A stretch of 39,463 bases of DNA, taken from Octopus sinensis. Its lineage: Eukaryota. The stretch is from positions 1 through 39,463 of the forward strand of contig NW_021835687.1 in assembly GCF_006345805.1 (NCBI RefSeq), given 5' to 3'. The position numbers and the translations under genes are program-made. Shown here in pieces: positions 10,095 to 21,859 of the stretch (its first letter is position 1; each line of letters begins with the position of its first letter). The notes below the pieces were generated by a model that saw only the letters and a program-made list of their open reading frames with translations, was not told the origin of the DNA and searched no databases.

Positions 10095-10662
10095 TATAGG
10101 CACAAGGCCTAAAATTTGGGGGAGGGGGCTAGTTGATTTCATTGACTTCAGTGCATAACTGGTATCTATTTTAATCGACCCCCAAAAAGATGAAAGGCAA
10201 AGTTGACCCCTGTGGAATTTGAACTCAGAACGTAACGGTAGACGAAATACCTATTTCTTTACTACCCACAAGGGGCTAAACACAGAGAGGAGAAACAAGT
10301 ACAGATAAACGGATTAAGTCGATTATATTGACCCCAGTGCATAACTGGTACTTATTTAATCGACCTTGAAAGGATGAAAGGCAAAGTCGACCTCAGCGGA
10401 ATTTAAACTCAGAACGTAGCAGCAGACGAAATACCTATTTCTTTACTACCCACAAGGGGCTAAACACAGAGGGGACAAACAAGAACAGACGAATGGATTG
10501 AGTCGATTACATCGACCCCAGTGCGTAACTGGTACTTAATTTATCGACTCCGAAAGGATGAAAGGCAAAGTCGACCTCGGCGGAATTTGAACTCAGAACG
10601 TAGCAGCGGACGAGATACAGCTAAGCATTTTGCCCGGTGTGCTAACGATTCCGCCAGCTCGC
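10095..10662 (-). mobile_element. SINE type B multimer (head plus repeated body units)
   Basis: Read on the minus strand: GCGAGCTGGCGGAATCGTTAGCAC (A-box region), GAGTTCAAATTC (B box), GTCGACTTTGCCTTTCATCCTTTCGG(G)GTCGATAAATTAAGTACC central domain. The body repeats about every 180 bp. Confidence 0.85.
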
Positions 10663-10932
10663 TGCCTTGTTTCATTAAAATAATGTTGTTACATTTTTTC
10701 TCTCGTTTTATCATAATATGCAAATGAGACATTTGTAAAAATGTCCTTAAATAGAAGAAGATATTGCAAGCCACAGTTTATGAGGTTTACAGGTGCTGTT
10801 TTATCACAAAATAATTATCCAACTACTTAGGCGTTTAACACTCTAGCTTTTAAACCAGCCATAACCGGCCCTTATATCCTACCTGTTTTATGTTCAACCC
10901 AGCTGGATCTGACTTTTGACATTTACTCTACA

Positions 10933-10964
<32 letters not shown>

Positions 10965-11014
10965 TTAATGCCCTCCTTCCATGCTGGCATGGATTGAATG
11001 GTTTGATAGGAGTT

Positions 11015-11428
11015 GGCGAGCTGGCAGAAACGTTAGCACGCCAGGCAGAATGTGTAGCCATATTTCATCTGCCGTTACATTCTGAGTTCAAATTCCGCCA
11101 AGGTCGACTTTGCCTTTCATCCTTTCGGGGTCGATAAATTAAGTACCAGTTACGCACTGGGGTCGATATAATCGACTTAATCCGTTTGTCTGTCCTTGTT
11201 TGTCCCCTCTGTGTTTAGCCCCTTGTGGGTAGTAAAGAAATAGGTAGTTGTCTGCCGTTATGTTCTGAGTTCAAATTCCGCCGAGGTCGACTTTGCCTTT
11301 CATCCTTTCAGGGCCAATAAATTAAGTACCAGTTACGCACTGAGGGCAATATAATTGACTTAATCCGTTTGTCTGTCTTTGTTTGTCCTCTCTGTGTTTA
11401 GCCTCTTGTGGGCAGTAAAGAAATAGGT
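11015..11428 (+). mobile_element. SINE type B dimer, inverted relative to 10241-10662
   Basis: GGCGAGCTGGCAGAAACGTTAGC head, with two bodies joined at AAAGAAATAGGTA-...TCTGCCGTTA. Confidence 0.85.
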
Positions 11429-12022
11429 TTGATAGGAGTTGGCCAGGCCAAAGCTTGCACCATATTTCTGTGTCTCTTTTGGCATGGTTTTTCTTTTTCT
11501 TTTATGGTTGGATGCCCTTCCTAACACTAACCATTCTGCAGAGTGGGCTGGGTGTTTTTTTACATGGCACCAGCACAGGCGAGGTCTGCTTTGGCATGGT
11601 TTTTACAGCTGGATGCCCTTCCTAACACCAACCACTCTGCAGAGTGGACTGAATGCTTTTTACATGGTACCAGCACAGGTGAGGTCAGTTTTGGCATGGT
11701 TTTTACAGCTGGTTGCCCTTCCAAATGCCGACCACTTCAGTGTGGACAGGATGCTTTTCATGTGACACCTGCACTGGCAGGGGCGCCAAGTAACCTATGC
11801 AAACCAAAGAATCTTTGAAAGGGAAGGAGGCACTAGGGGGAGGTGATCTTGTGCCAAATGATGAAAGGTTAGAGCATGACAGCAAGATGGAGAGACTGAT
11901 ACAGAAGTCTTACTGCAAAGCAGGTACATAGTTACCCAACCAGAGAGAGACAGAAAACTATATGCAATCACATCGCAGTCATGCATGATCGATTCAAAAC
12001 AACATGAATGAACAAGAATTAC

Positions 12023-12074
12023 CTTTGATAGAATAATTTGAATGCTAAATGGTTAAGTGGTTTATTTTCAAGTG
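12023..12074 (-). CDS. Candidate 52-nt internal exon
   Basis: Strong acceptor CTGTCTCTGTTATTTTCTCCATAG| and donor AAG|GTAATT. Only one open frame: xLENKPLNHLAFKLFYQx (phase 1 to 2). Confidence 0.45.
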
Positions 12075-12241
12075 CTATGGAGAAAATAACAGAGACAGCT
12101 TTTATACATCATTGTTATTGGCTTTCTCACACCTATATTTTCTGTATTCTACACCTGTTAGTAAAATGTGTGTGTTTATGGAAATTTATACATTTACAGT
12201 TTGTAATAAGCATGTATAAATATATATATGTGATAGATCAT

Positions 12242-12422
12242 TAGCCACTACACACATTTTTTCTCTCGTTGTTTCTCTCCTTGTTTTTTCAGTGTCCCTT
12301 TCTGTAGAAGAGCATAGGCTCGAAACGTAAAAGACTTTTTCTATTCCTGAGCGTTATACTAATACATCTGTTTGTTTTCTACACCACCTGTCTTCATCTT
12401 TTATTTTTTTTTCGTAAACTCT

Positions 12423-12425
<3 letters not shown>
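12242..12425 (+). mobile_element. Penelope-like pseudo-LTR fragment (inferred) containing a minimal hammerhead motif
   Basis: Pyrimidine-rich flanks around CTGTAGAAGAGCATAGGCTCGAAACGTAAAAGAC, the architecture of PLE-associated minimal hammerheads. Confidence 0.55.
12294..12335 (+). ncRNA. Minimal type-I hammerhead ribozyme-like motif (A6U variant)
   Basis: GUC-CC-UUU / CUGUAGA / A / GAGC-AUAG-GCUC / GAAAC / GUA^ / AAA-GAC, with palindromic ACGU as stem III. Confidence 0.6.
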
Positions 12426-12460
<35 letters not shown>

Positions 12461-12549
12461 CAGACTGATATACATACATATGAGTAAAAAGCAGAAAGTC
12501 ATGTTATCAAATTGATATAATCTCAAAGCTGTCTCTAGAATGGTGCAGG

Positions 12550-12645
<96 letters not shown>

Positions 12646-12719
12646 GTATGTATATTCATTTGTTTATAGCTACCTTTGTTTATTTCAATAATGTTCTACA
12701 TGTTGACCTCCTGCTAGTT

Positions 12720-13340
12720 GATGGTGATGGTGGTTGTGGTGGTGAGGGGGAGGTGGAGAGGAAGAGGAGGTGGAGGAGGAGGAGGTGGGGAGGAAACGGA
12801 GGAGGAGGGGGAGTGGTGGTGCAGATGGCAGTTGTAGTAGTGGTAGGGAAGTTGGGTTAGCAGTTAGGTTGTGATGATGGTGGTGTTGATGGTGGTGGTG
12901 GTGGTAGTGGTGGTGGTGGTGTTGGTGGTGGTGTTGGTGGTGGTTGTAAGGTGTGGCGATGGCAGTGATAGCCGTGATGAAGGCAGTGGTGGCAGTGATG
13001 GTGGTGGTGGCAGAGGTGGTGGTGGTGGCGGTGGTGGTGGTTGGAGAGGAACTGTGCTTTGCACAGAAGCAAGAAAAAAAATCAAAAGCAAAACACTAAA
13101 AAAAAAAATGAAATAGAAAACAAAAAAAAACAGAGAATAAAAGCAGTGAATCAGAATGGAACTGAAAAGAAATCATACGATTAATATTTTATTAAACTAT
13201 TTTATAAACAAAATAAGTTTTTGACATCAACAGCATGGCTGCCTTCCTCTTCTTTTTCTTTATCATCATCATCATCATCATCGTCGTCATCAACGTCATC
13301 ATCGTCACCATCATCACCATCATCATCATCATCATCGTCG

Positions 13341-13396
<56 letters not shown>

Positions 13397-13620
13397 GATA
13401 ACAACATGACTACCAGCAGTAGCGATGGCACCCACCCACCCCACCAACCATCATCACCAGTATCATCATCATCACCATCACCATCATCGTTGTTTTTATC
13501 ATCACCCTCACCATCATCATCAACAACAACAACACTATAAACAGTAGGGACAGCACCACCACCACCACCACTAACACCAAACCACCACCGCCAACAACAA
13601 CAACAACAATAGTGGTCACA
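12720..13620. repeat. GGT/GGA-rich (12720-13040) and ATC/ACC/AAC-rich (13260-13620) compound microsatellites
   Basis: Direct reading; source of the poly-D/S/I/M ORFs. Confidence 0.95.
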
Positions 13621-13789
13621 GTTTCTGATGTTTTATATTTTGGCTTCAGCACAATGACACTATAAATACTAAGCTTACAAAAAATAAGTCCTGGGGTCGA
13701 TTTCCTCCACTAAAGGCGGTGCTCCAGCATTGCCACAGTCAAATGACTGAAACAAGTAAAAGAGTAAAAGAGTATCTCTCTCTCTTTCT

Positions 13790-14220
13790 CTCTTTTACTT
13801 GTTTCAGTCATTTGACTGTGGCCATGCTGGAGCACCACCTTTAATCAAGCAAATCGACACCCAGGACTTATTCTTTGTAAGCCTAGTACTTATTCTATCG
13901 GTCTCTTTTGCTGAACCACTAAGATACTGGGACGTAAACACACCAGCATTGGTTGTCAAGTGATGTTGGGGGGACAAACACACATACACACACATACCTA
14001 TATATATATTATATAAGTTCAGCAAAATTTAGATTCAAATGAATATGGTACTTAAGTCAGATGCACCAGAATTTTGTACAGTATTATCCATATAAATCCA
14101 TGGGGTGATTATAATCAAAATAAGCCACAAGAATATCTTCAGTAATTTGGTACGATCGTTTCATGCTACATCATTTTATTAAACATAGTAAGTATTACAT
14201 ATATATATATATGCACACAT

Positions 14221-14254
<34 letters not shown>

Positions 14255-14385
14255 GATGGGCTTCTTTCAGTTTCCGTCTACCAAATCCACTCACAAGGCT
14301 TTGATCAGCCCGAGACTATAGTAGAAGACACTTGCCCAAGGTGCCACACAGTGGGACTGAACCCGGAGCTATGTGGTTGGTAAGC
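13790..14385 (-). mobile_element. Composite type-A SINE carrying a 184-bp cargo (14015-14198) in its (TA)n linker, copy 1
   Basis: SINE 3' half 13790-14010, cargo, SINE 5' half 14230-14385. It lies tail-to-tail with a plus-strand type-A tail at about 13660-13775. Confidence 0.85.
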
Positions 14386-14683
14386 ATGGCCATCATCATC
14401 ATCATCATTGTCATCATCATCATCATCAATATTGTTGTTGTTGTCATTATCGTCGTTCTCCACTATTCAATACAGGTTTTGACAAAAGGTATTACTCAGA
14501 CATTGAAATTACAATCACAAATGGTAATAAAAGGATTTAGCAATTTTTTACTGTTTATTCTTCTTTCCTTACCTAACGTGTCAAACCAACTCAGCTTGTT
14601 TAACAACTATTATCAATTACGTTTGTCTGTAAATGTGTGTGTGTGTGTGTGTATATAATATATATATACATATTATATATATA

Positions 14684-16260
14684 TTTTTTTTTTTTGTTCT
14701 TTTTTTTAGCCCGAAGGCCGCGGCCATGCTGGGGCACCACCGCTGAATGAGCTACACTAGTTTGTGAATCCACCTCTGATACGTGGCACTTGATCAACAA
14801 GGGAGTTCGATGCTGCTGCCCGCATCCGTGGTCTCCTGTCGTGAGGTAGGTTCATCTGGGACTCCCAACAAGAAGAGATCCAGTTTAGTTTTAAAGAAAC
14901 CCACATCCCCACCATGTAAGTCTCTCATCTGGCCATTTAGGGAGGATGTTAAGAGCTGTGGTCCTCTGAAACCCAAGCTGTTGCAGTATCTGGACCTGTA
15001 TTTTGATGGTGATGTTGGAATCCTTGGCACCACGCAGCGGCGCCCCTTTCTGCGGTTGGAGTAACTTTGAATGCCAAGTTTGGGACAAGACCCTCCAGGA
15101 TTTTCCAGATGTATATCACTGCAATCTCTCCCGCCTCCGCTCCAGGGAGAAGAGGTTTAATACCTTCAGTCTTTCCCAGTAGCTGACATTTTGCATTGAG
15201 ACGATTTTCTTTGTGTAGCTTCTCTGAGTTGCTTCGAGTTCTGCTTTTGTTTTATATTGTGTGGTGACCAAAGTTGGGAGCAGTAGTCCCAAGCGGCTGA
15301 GGACAAATGTTTTCCATAGGACCATCAGTGTCTCCTTCTCTCTTGTTCTGAAAGTTCGGAGAATCCATCCAGCTAGCCGTCTGCATTTTATCACCAGATT
15401 AGCAATATGCATTTGGAAAGATGCATCATTGCTCATGTCAATGCCAGGTCACGCACTGATTTTGACTCAGGGATTGCAATTCTTCCTGGGCCAGTGTATC
15501 CAGTCTTCACGTCATTTACCTTTGTGTGCCAGTAGCGCAGGCCTGGAACTTACCTGCATTAAACTGCATGGTGTTGTCCTCACCCACCTGTATATGTGTC
15601 CAGGCTCATGTTGCAGATGCGCAATATTTTTCAGTGTTTTGTATTGCGTGGGAGACTTTTGTGTCATCTGCATAGCTAGCAAGGGTGGTCATCGTAGCAA
15701 CTGAAGGCATGTCTGAAAGGGCCACTATGAACATCAGTGGCCCCAAGACAGTGCCCTGTGGGACACCGCTTGTTATTTGCGTTCCCTGGAGGTGGCTCCA
15801 TTGCTCACAACTGCCTGTTTTCTGTCTTTTAGGAAGTTGTGCAGCCACTCTCCAAGTTTCCCGCCTATGCCGAGACCACGCAGTTTGTGACAGATCATAC
15901 CATGGTCGACTTTATCAAAGGCTTTTGCAAAGTCAAGATATATTACATCCACATTTGAGCCATTTAGTAGCTTTTCAACAACACCCAGTCATAGTGTTGC
16001 AGGAGCTGTGTTAGGCAGCCTCTACCTGGTCGAATCCATGCTGGTGTCAGACAGTAAGTCATTTTCTTCAAGGAACATGATTAGTTTCTTACGGACTATT
16101 CGTTCCATGACTTTGCTGATGTGTGAGGTCAGAGAGATAGGCCTATTTTTTTAGCATCTGCTCTGCTACCTCCCTTATGGATAGGGCATATTACCCCCTC
16201 TTTCAGTTGACTGGGAGCTACCACTTGCAAGAAAGCTCTGAAAAAGAAGCTGTAGCTGTT
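14684..16260 (-). mobile_element. 5'-truncated CR1/L2-group LINE with decayed reverse-transcriptase ORF2 and A-rich tail
   Basis: Minus strand: YRPISLTSHISKVMERIV, QHGFRPGRGCLTQLL, YLDFAKAFDKVDHG, GVPQGTVLGP, SYADDTK (YADD 15663-15674), LRTFRTREKETLMVLWKTFVLSRL, YWERLKVLNLFSLERRRER, FKTKLDLFLLGVPDEP. Several frameshifts. Confidence 0.95.
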
Positions 16261-16264
16261 ATTT

Positions 16265-16307
16265 CATATATATATATACTATATATATAAATATATATAT
16301 ATATATA

Positions 16308-16342
<35 letters not shown>

Positions 16343-16447
16343 TATATATATATACAGACTATTCATATATATATACATATACATATATATATAAAATATG
16401 TATATATATATATATTATTCATATATATACATATACATATACATATA

Positions 16448-16490
<43 letters not shown>

Positions 16491-16566
16491 CATATATACA
16501 TATATAGTATAATATATATGTATTATATATATGTATATATATATGGTATATATATAATATATATAC

Positions 16567-16613
<47 letters not shown>

Positions 16614-16640
16614 TATATATATGTATGTATATATATATAC
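16265..16640. repeat. Long interrupted (TA)n microsatellite
   Basis: Direct reading. Confidence 0.95.
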
Positions 16641-16744
16641 TCACCTTGACCTGTTGGGTCACAACACTCCAAGCTGAAATGTTGATGCAGGGTGGAAAGG
16701 AAAAAATACTATTTTGAACTTCATGCAATAATATTTATAAATGA

Positions 16745-17165
16745 TAGAGGCACAGGTGTGGCTGTGTGGTAAGTAGCTTGCTTACGAACCACATAGTTCC
16801 AGGTTCAGTCCCATTGTGTGGCACCTTGGGCAAGTGTCTTCTACTATAGCCTTGGGCCAACCAAATCCTTGTGAGTGGATTTGGTAGACGGAAACTGAAA
16901 GAAGCCCGTCGTATATATGTATGTAAGTATATATATATATGTATGCGTGTTTTTGTGTCTGTGTTTGTCCCCCACAACATTGCTTGACAACCGATGCTGG
17001 TGTGTTTATGTTCCTGTAACTTAACGGTTCGGCAAAGAAGACCGATAGAATAAGTACTAGGCATCCAAAGAATAAGTCCCGGGGGTCGATTTGCTCGGCT
17101 AAAGGTGGTGCTCCAGCATGGCCACAGCAGTCAAATGACTGAAACAAGTAAAAGAGAGTAAAAGA
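16745..17165 (+). mobile_element. Type-A SINE, full length
   Basis: Head GGCACAGGTGTGGCTGTGTGG through to tail GGTGGTGCTCCAGCATGGCC...GTAAAAGAG. Confidence 0.9.
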
Positions 17166-17279
17166 GCATGTAAAACTAAGTGAATAAAATATTGCAAAAT
17201 TCCGGTTTCTTTTGAGTACCCCACCCCATACATGTACATACAAACATACAGATGGACGGATGGACAGACAGACAAACAG

Positions 17280-17291
17280 ATTGACAGATAC

Positions 17292-17367
<76 letters not shown>

Positions 17368-17409
17368 GAGAGAGAGAGATAGATATTAGAGAGATAAATA
17401 GATAGATAC

Positions 17410-17452
<43 letters not shown>

Positions 17453-17495
17453 TAAATACATAGATAATAGAGAGAGAGAGAAGAGAGAGAGAGAT

Positions 17496-17534
<39 letters not shown>

Positions 17535-17578
17535 GAGAGGAGAGAATGATACATAGATAGATAGAGAGAGAGAGGGAT

Positions 17579-17615
<37 letters not shown>

Positions 17616-17712
17616 GATAGATAGATAGATAGATAGATAGATAGGTAGGTAGATAGATAGATAGATAGATAGAGAGAGAGATAGATACATAGATAGAGAG
17701 AGAGAGAGAGAG

Positions 17713-17774
<62 letters not shown>

Positions 17775-17790
17775 GTAGGTAGATAGATAG
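17280..17790. repeat. (AGAT)n/(AG)n compound microsatellite
   Basis: Direct reading; source of the poly-IYLS ORFs. Confidence 0.95.
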
Positions 17791-18057
17791 GTATATCTAT
17801 AATTTTTGTTGTGTGTCTGTTAGTATGAATAAGAAAGCATTAGTTCTTGTTTAATTGTGCTGAACATGCCAGCCAGCATAACATGCATGATAACTTTTAT
17901 ATTCCACATAATCATATACTATACAGTTTGCGATACACTGGTCTTCATTATGTAACCTGCATCAGAATGTACAATGAATGTTTCAGACATTCAGGAGGAT
18001 GCAACAAGTTGTTTAGTATTTAGCACATGAGGCTCTACTTGTTGTTGTTGCTGCTGC

Positions 18058-18091
<34 letters not shown>

Positions 18092-18918
18092 GAGCGAACA
18101 GTTTTCATCCCAGAGCTTGCAAGATGGGAGAAGTCCAAAACGTGGTACTTTGCTATTCGTAAGACCCGCAGAAGAGAAAGCAGGTCAATCCCCGACACCG
18201 AGAGCATCGATGGATGGATAAATGCGCATCCAGGCTGAGCGGTTGCGTAGGAAGTCAGGGACATCTTATTCTAGATGTACATACTACCAGACAGATTTTG
18301 ATCTAAGAACTTTTCTTCCCAACCCTATGATTTGGAGTTCAGTCCTTGAGCATGTGTCTTCTTACTATAGGTCTGGACCAAACGAAACCTTGTGAGTGGA
18401 TTTGGTAGACAGCAACGAAGAAGCTTATTGCATGGGTGTGTGTGTGTGTGTGTTAGTGAGTGAGTGAGAGAGAGGGAGAAAAAGCATGTGTGCATTTGTG
18501 TACAGTTGTGCTTCTCCACAAATCGCTGTACTACAAACAGTCATCATCATCATCATCGTTTAACATCCGTTCTCCATGCTGGCATGGGTTGGACGGTTCG
18601 ACCGGAGATTTGGGATGCTAGAAGGCTGCACCAGGCTCCAGTTTTGGAGTGTTTCTACAGCTGGATGCCCTTCCTAACGCCAACCACTCAGTGAGTGTAG
18701 TGAGTGCTTTTTACATGCCACCGGCACAGGGGCCAGGGGAGGCTGGCAACGGCCACGATCGGATTGGTGCATTTTACATGCCACCGGCACGGAAGCCAGT
18801 CAAGGTGGCGCTGGCATCAGCAGGCAGCGCTGGCATCGGCCTGGCGGCGCTGGCATCGGCCTGGCGGCGCTGGCATCGACAGTGTGATTATTAACAAAAT
18901 CATTTGATGGTTCCATAC

Positions 18919-18969
18919 CTTCAAAGACATGAAAAACAAGAGATTCAATCATTGCAAGACAGGTAAGAG
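18919..18969 (-). CDS. Candidate 51-nt internal exon
   Basis: Acceptor CCTTTTGCCAG|, donor GAAG|GTATGG. Frame xLTCLAMIESLVFHVFE(G) is phase 1 to 1 and joins in frame to 12074 (G+CA = Ala). A plus-strand exon reading (18927-18962) is also possible. Confidence 0.3.
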
Positions 18970-19159
18970 CTGGCAAAAGGCATTATTTTACAAATTCTGG
19001 CTATAAAGTAACATTTCCGATTAACCATCCTAGCATGGAAAATAAACATTAAAACAAACATAAAAACGAATGAATGAACTTTTATTTCTAAAGAGTATGG
19101 CTGTGTGGTAAGGAGCTTCTTTTTGAATCTAATGCTCTTAGCTTAATTTTTCCTTGGGG

Positions 19160-19380
19160 CTGGCCAGATTGGAGCAATCTCAAGAATAATCAGCCGAAAT
19201 TGTGAGGATAATCTGGTGCTTGACTGAGGAAAGAAAACTCCGAATGACCCATCCTTGTTTTCTTTGTATCATCTATTTGGATGTTTTGTTGTCCCTTTTT
19301 GTATCACCTAGCTGTCTGGATGTTTTGTATTCTTGTCCCATTTTGTATTATATATATAATATATATATATATAGAGCGGT
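19160..19380 (+). mobile_element. Penelope-like pseudo-LTR fragment (inferred) with degenerate hammerhead motif
   Basis: CTGAGGA (19224-19230), decayed stem II AAG-AAAA-CTC, CGAATGACC, then a pyrimidine-rich tract. Confidence 0.35.
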
Positions 19381-19395
19381 GTACATAACACTTTG

Positions 19396-19445
<50 letters not shown>

Positions 19446-19474
19446 TTAAAATAAGCAACAAGAATGACTCCGGT

Positions 19475-19566
19475 AATTTGGTACGATCGTTTCATATACT
19501 ACATCATTTTATTAAATTTGTAAGTATTACAACAGATTTAAGATGCTGAGTACTCATCAGCCAATT
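19475..19566 (-). ncRNA. Type-I hammerhead ribozyme-like motif with complete catalytic core
   Basis: Minus strand: AAUUGG / CUGAUGA / GUACUCAGCAUC...GAUGUAGUAUAU / GAAAC / GAUC / GUA^ / CCAAAUU. Stem I AAUUGG:CCAAAUU, stem III AC[GAUC]GU. Confidence 0.75.
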
Positions 19567-19667
19567 ATAGAGGTTTTCCATTAATACAAAATTTTTCATA
19601 TCAAGTGGCAACATTATAGAGAAGGTAGATATATAGACAAATTGTGGATTTAAATTTTAAGAACATA

Positions 19668-19703
<36 letters not shown>

Positions 19704-19744
19704 TGTATATATGTATGTATGTATATGTAAGTATGTATGCATGC

Positions 19745-19935
19745 ATACATGTGTGTCTTTGTGTCTGTGTTTATTCCCCACTGCCGCTTATCAACCAGTG
19801 TTGGTATGTTTACATCCTTGTAACATAGTGGTTTGGCAAACGATATCAATAGAATAAGTGCCAGGCTTATAAGTGCCAGGATTGAGGTCAATTCATTCGA
19901 CTATAAATTCTTCAAGGTGGTGCCCCAGCATGGCC
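19745..19935 (+). mobile_element. Older type-A SINE 3' half
   Basis: ...GGTATGTTTACATCCTTGTAAC...CAAGGTGGTGCCCCAGCATGGCC. Confidence 0.7.
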
Positions 19936-19959
19936 AGTCTAACAACAGGAATACAGTCT

Positions 19960-20100
19960 AACAACAGGAAGAATGGAATATTTGAAGGATGTAGTGTCAT
20001 GGCACCCTAGTAACAACTGACCTGGGCAGTTTATTCCATGCTTCAGCAATTCTGAGTGTGAAAAAAATGTTCCTGAAAGTCATGGGTGCTGTGTTAATTT
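19960..20100 (-). mobile_element. Fragment of the same CR1-like LINE as 26690-27345
   Basis: GGCAGTTTATTCCATGCTTCAGCAATTCTGAG...GAAAGTCATGGGTGCTGTG is the reverse complement of about 27045-27115. Confidence 0.7.
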
Positions 20101-20629
20101 TTTGATTTTGAAAGCATGTCTATGAGTGTTAGACATATAGAATTCAAAAAAAGTGTTTTGTATTATTTTCATTGTTCATATCTAACACAAATCTATTCAT
20201 TCTATGACCTTGTTTCAAGGCTTAAATTTAAAATTCAAGGAGAATGTGAACGTGCTGAATTGAATAGTTGCAGAGCAGCATTATTCCTCTCAGGTATAAC
20301 AATGAGTATTTGAAAGTGTGGAAAATTCTCTAAGAAATCTCATTGAATAGAAGACATGTCAAAGTTGTTAAATTACGTTGTTGAATTTATAAGATTCAGT
20401 CTCAAGTTTCTTAGAAATGCTTTTGTTATATCATTTGTCGTGATAACTAGTGTGTGAAAGTTTAAACGAAATTCACTACCCTGCTAAACAGGAAATACAG
20501 TTTTCTTTTTTTAACTTTTTCTTGTACACCAATTGCGAAAGAAAACAATGAAAAAAATATTATTAAAGGGAGATAATTCTCAAACGTTTCAAATGTAAAG
20601 AGTTAGTTCCCTTCCATTTGTTAGCGAGA

Positions 20630-20659
20630 CTAAATTCAATTGATGAACGTCAGAAATAC

Positions 20660-20706
<47 letters not shown>

Positions 20707-21258
20707 TGGTATAAAAGATGGGCTACAGCAAATATTCTGCTCAATACCACAGATTTGCTTGTCAGTTGTTTGACCTTAACCAGTTGAGCATGTCCCTTAG
20801 TGGCTGACGATATGTGCATCTCTGATCAGGAGCAGAAGTAGTGGGGGAGCATCATAGCCATGTGTTGAGAGGGATTCTTTGGGGTTTGAATAATTCACCT
20901 CTGGAAACATGGGTGGTTCTTTCACATCCTTAACAACCCTTATTCAGGGACCGTTTGAGCGGGATGGGCTACTCAACCTGAAGAAAATTCTAACTGGGCC
21001 CCACCTGCAAGGTCATGTGCTGTTTATCTTGATATGAGATCACCATGCCGCGCACATATGGTTGTGATGCATGTGCCTGGTGTACTTTATCAGACGGGTA
21101 GTCATGATGGGTATACTGGGCTTCGTATATTTTACCCCAGTGTCACTTTGATGGCATGAACTGCTCTCTCACTCAATAAATAAAATAATAATAATAATAA
21201 TAATAAAATAATAATAATAATAATAATGATGATGATAATGTTAATGATAATAATAATA

Positions 21259-21289
<31 letters not shown>

Positions 21290-21294
21290 TAATG

Positions 21295-21343
<49 letters not shown>

Positions 21344-21344
21344 A

Positions 21345-21417
<73 letters not shown>

Positions 21418-21723
21418 GAAATTATTGTCTACAGAGCTCAGGTGCACCACAACTTGTCAAAAGTGCATATAAATATGCACTTATAAATATGCACTCCTCT
21501 AGAAGAGAGTCGGAATCTAGCCTGTGCTCCCTATTTCTGTAGTTTTTCTGACGCACATATTTTAAGGGTCACAGATTATAATTCTATAAAGTAAGAAGAG
21601 AAGGTCTTATCTACCCCGAGAGATATTTCCTCTATATTTATATGCACTCTTGACAAGTTGTGGTGCACCTGAGCACTGTATACAATAATTTCATTTATTA
21701 TTATTATCATTATTATTATTATA

Positions 21724-21781
<58 letters not shown>

Positions 21782-21803
21782 TTATTATCATATTATTATT
21801 ATA

Positions 21804-21859
<56 letters not shown>

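Noticed and set aside
18806-18878. GC-rich 20-bp tandem repeat (GGCGCTGGCATCGGCCTGGC, about 4 copies)
   Set aside because: Local slippage of a motif inside the RTE 3' UTR fragment; no independent significance.
18927-20293. Alternative plus-strand exons (18927-18962 HEKQEIQSLQD or MKNKRFNHCKT; 20239-20293 ECERAELNSCRAALFLS)
   Set aside because: Weak acceptors and no supporting chain of plus-strand exons; the minus-strand set has stronger signals. Not fully excluded.
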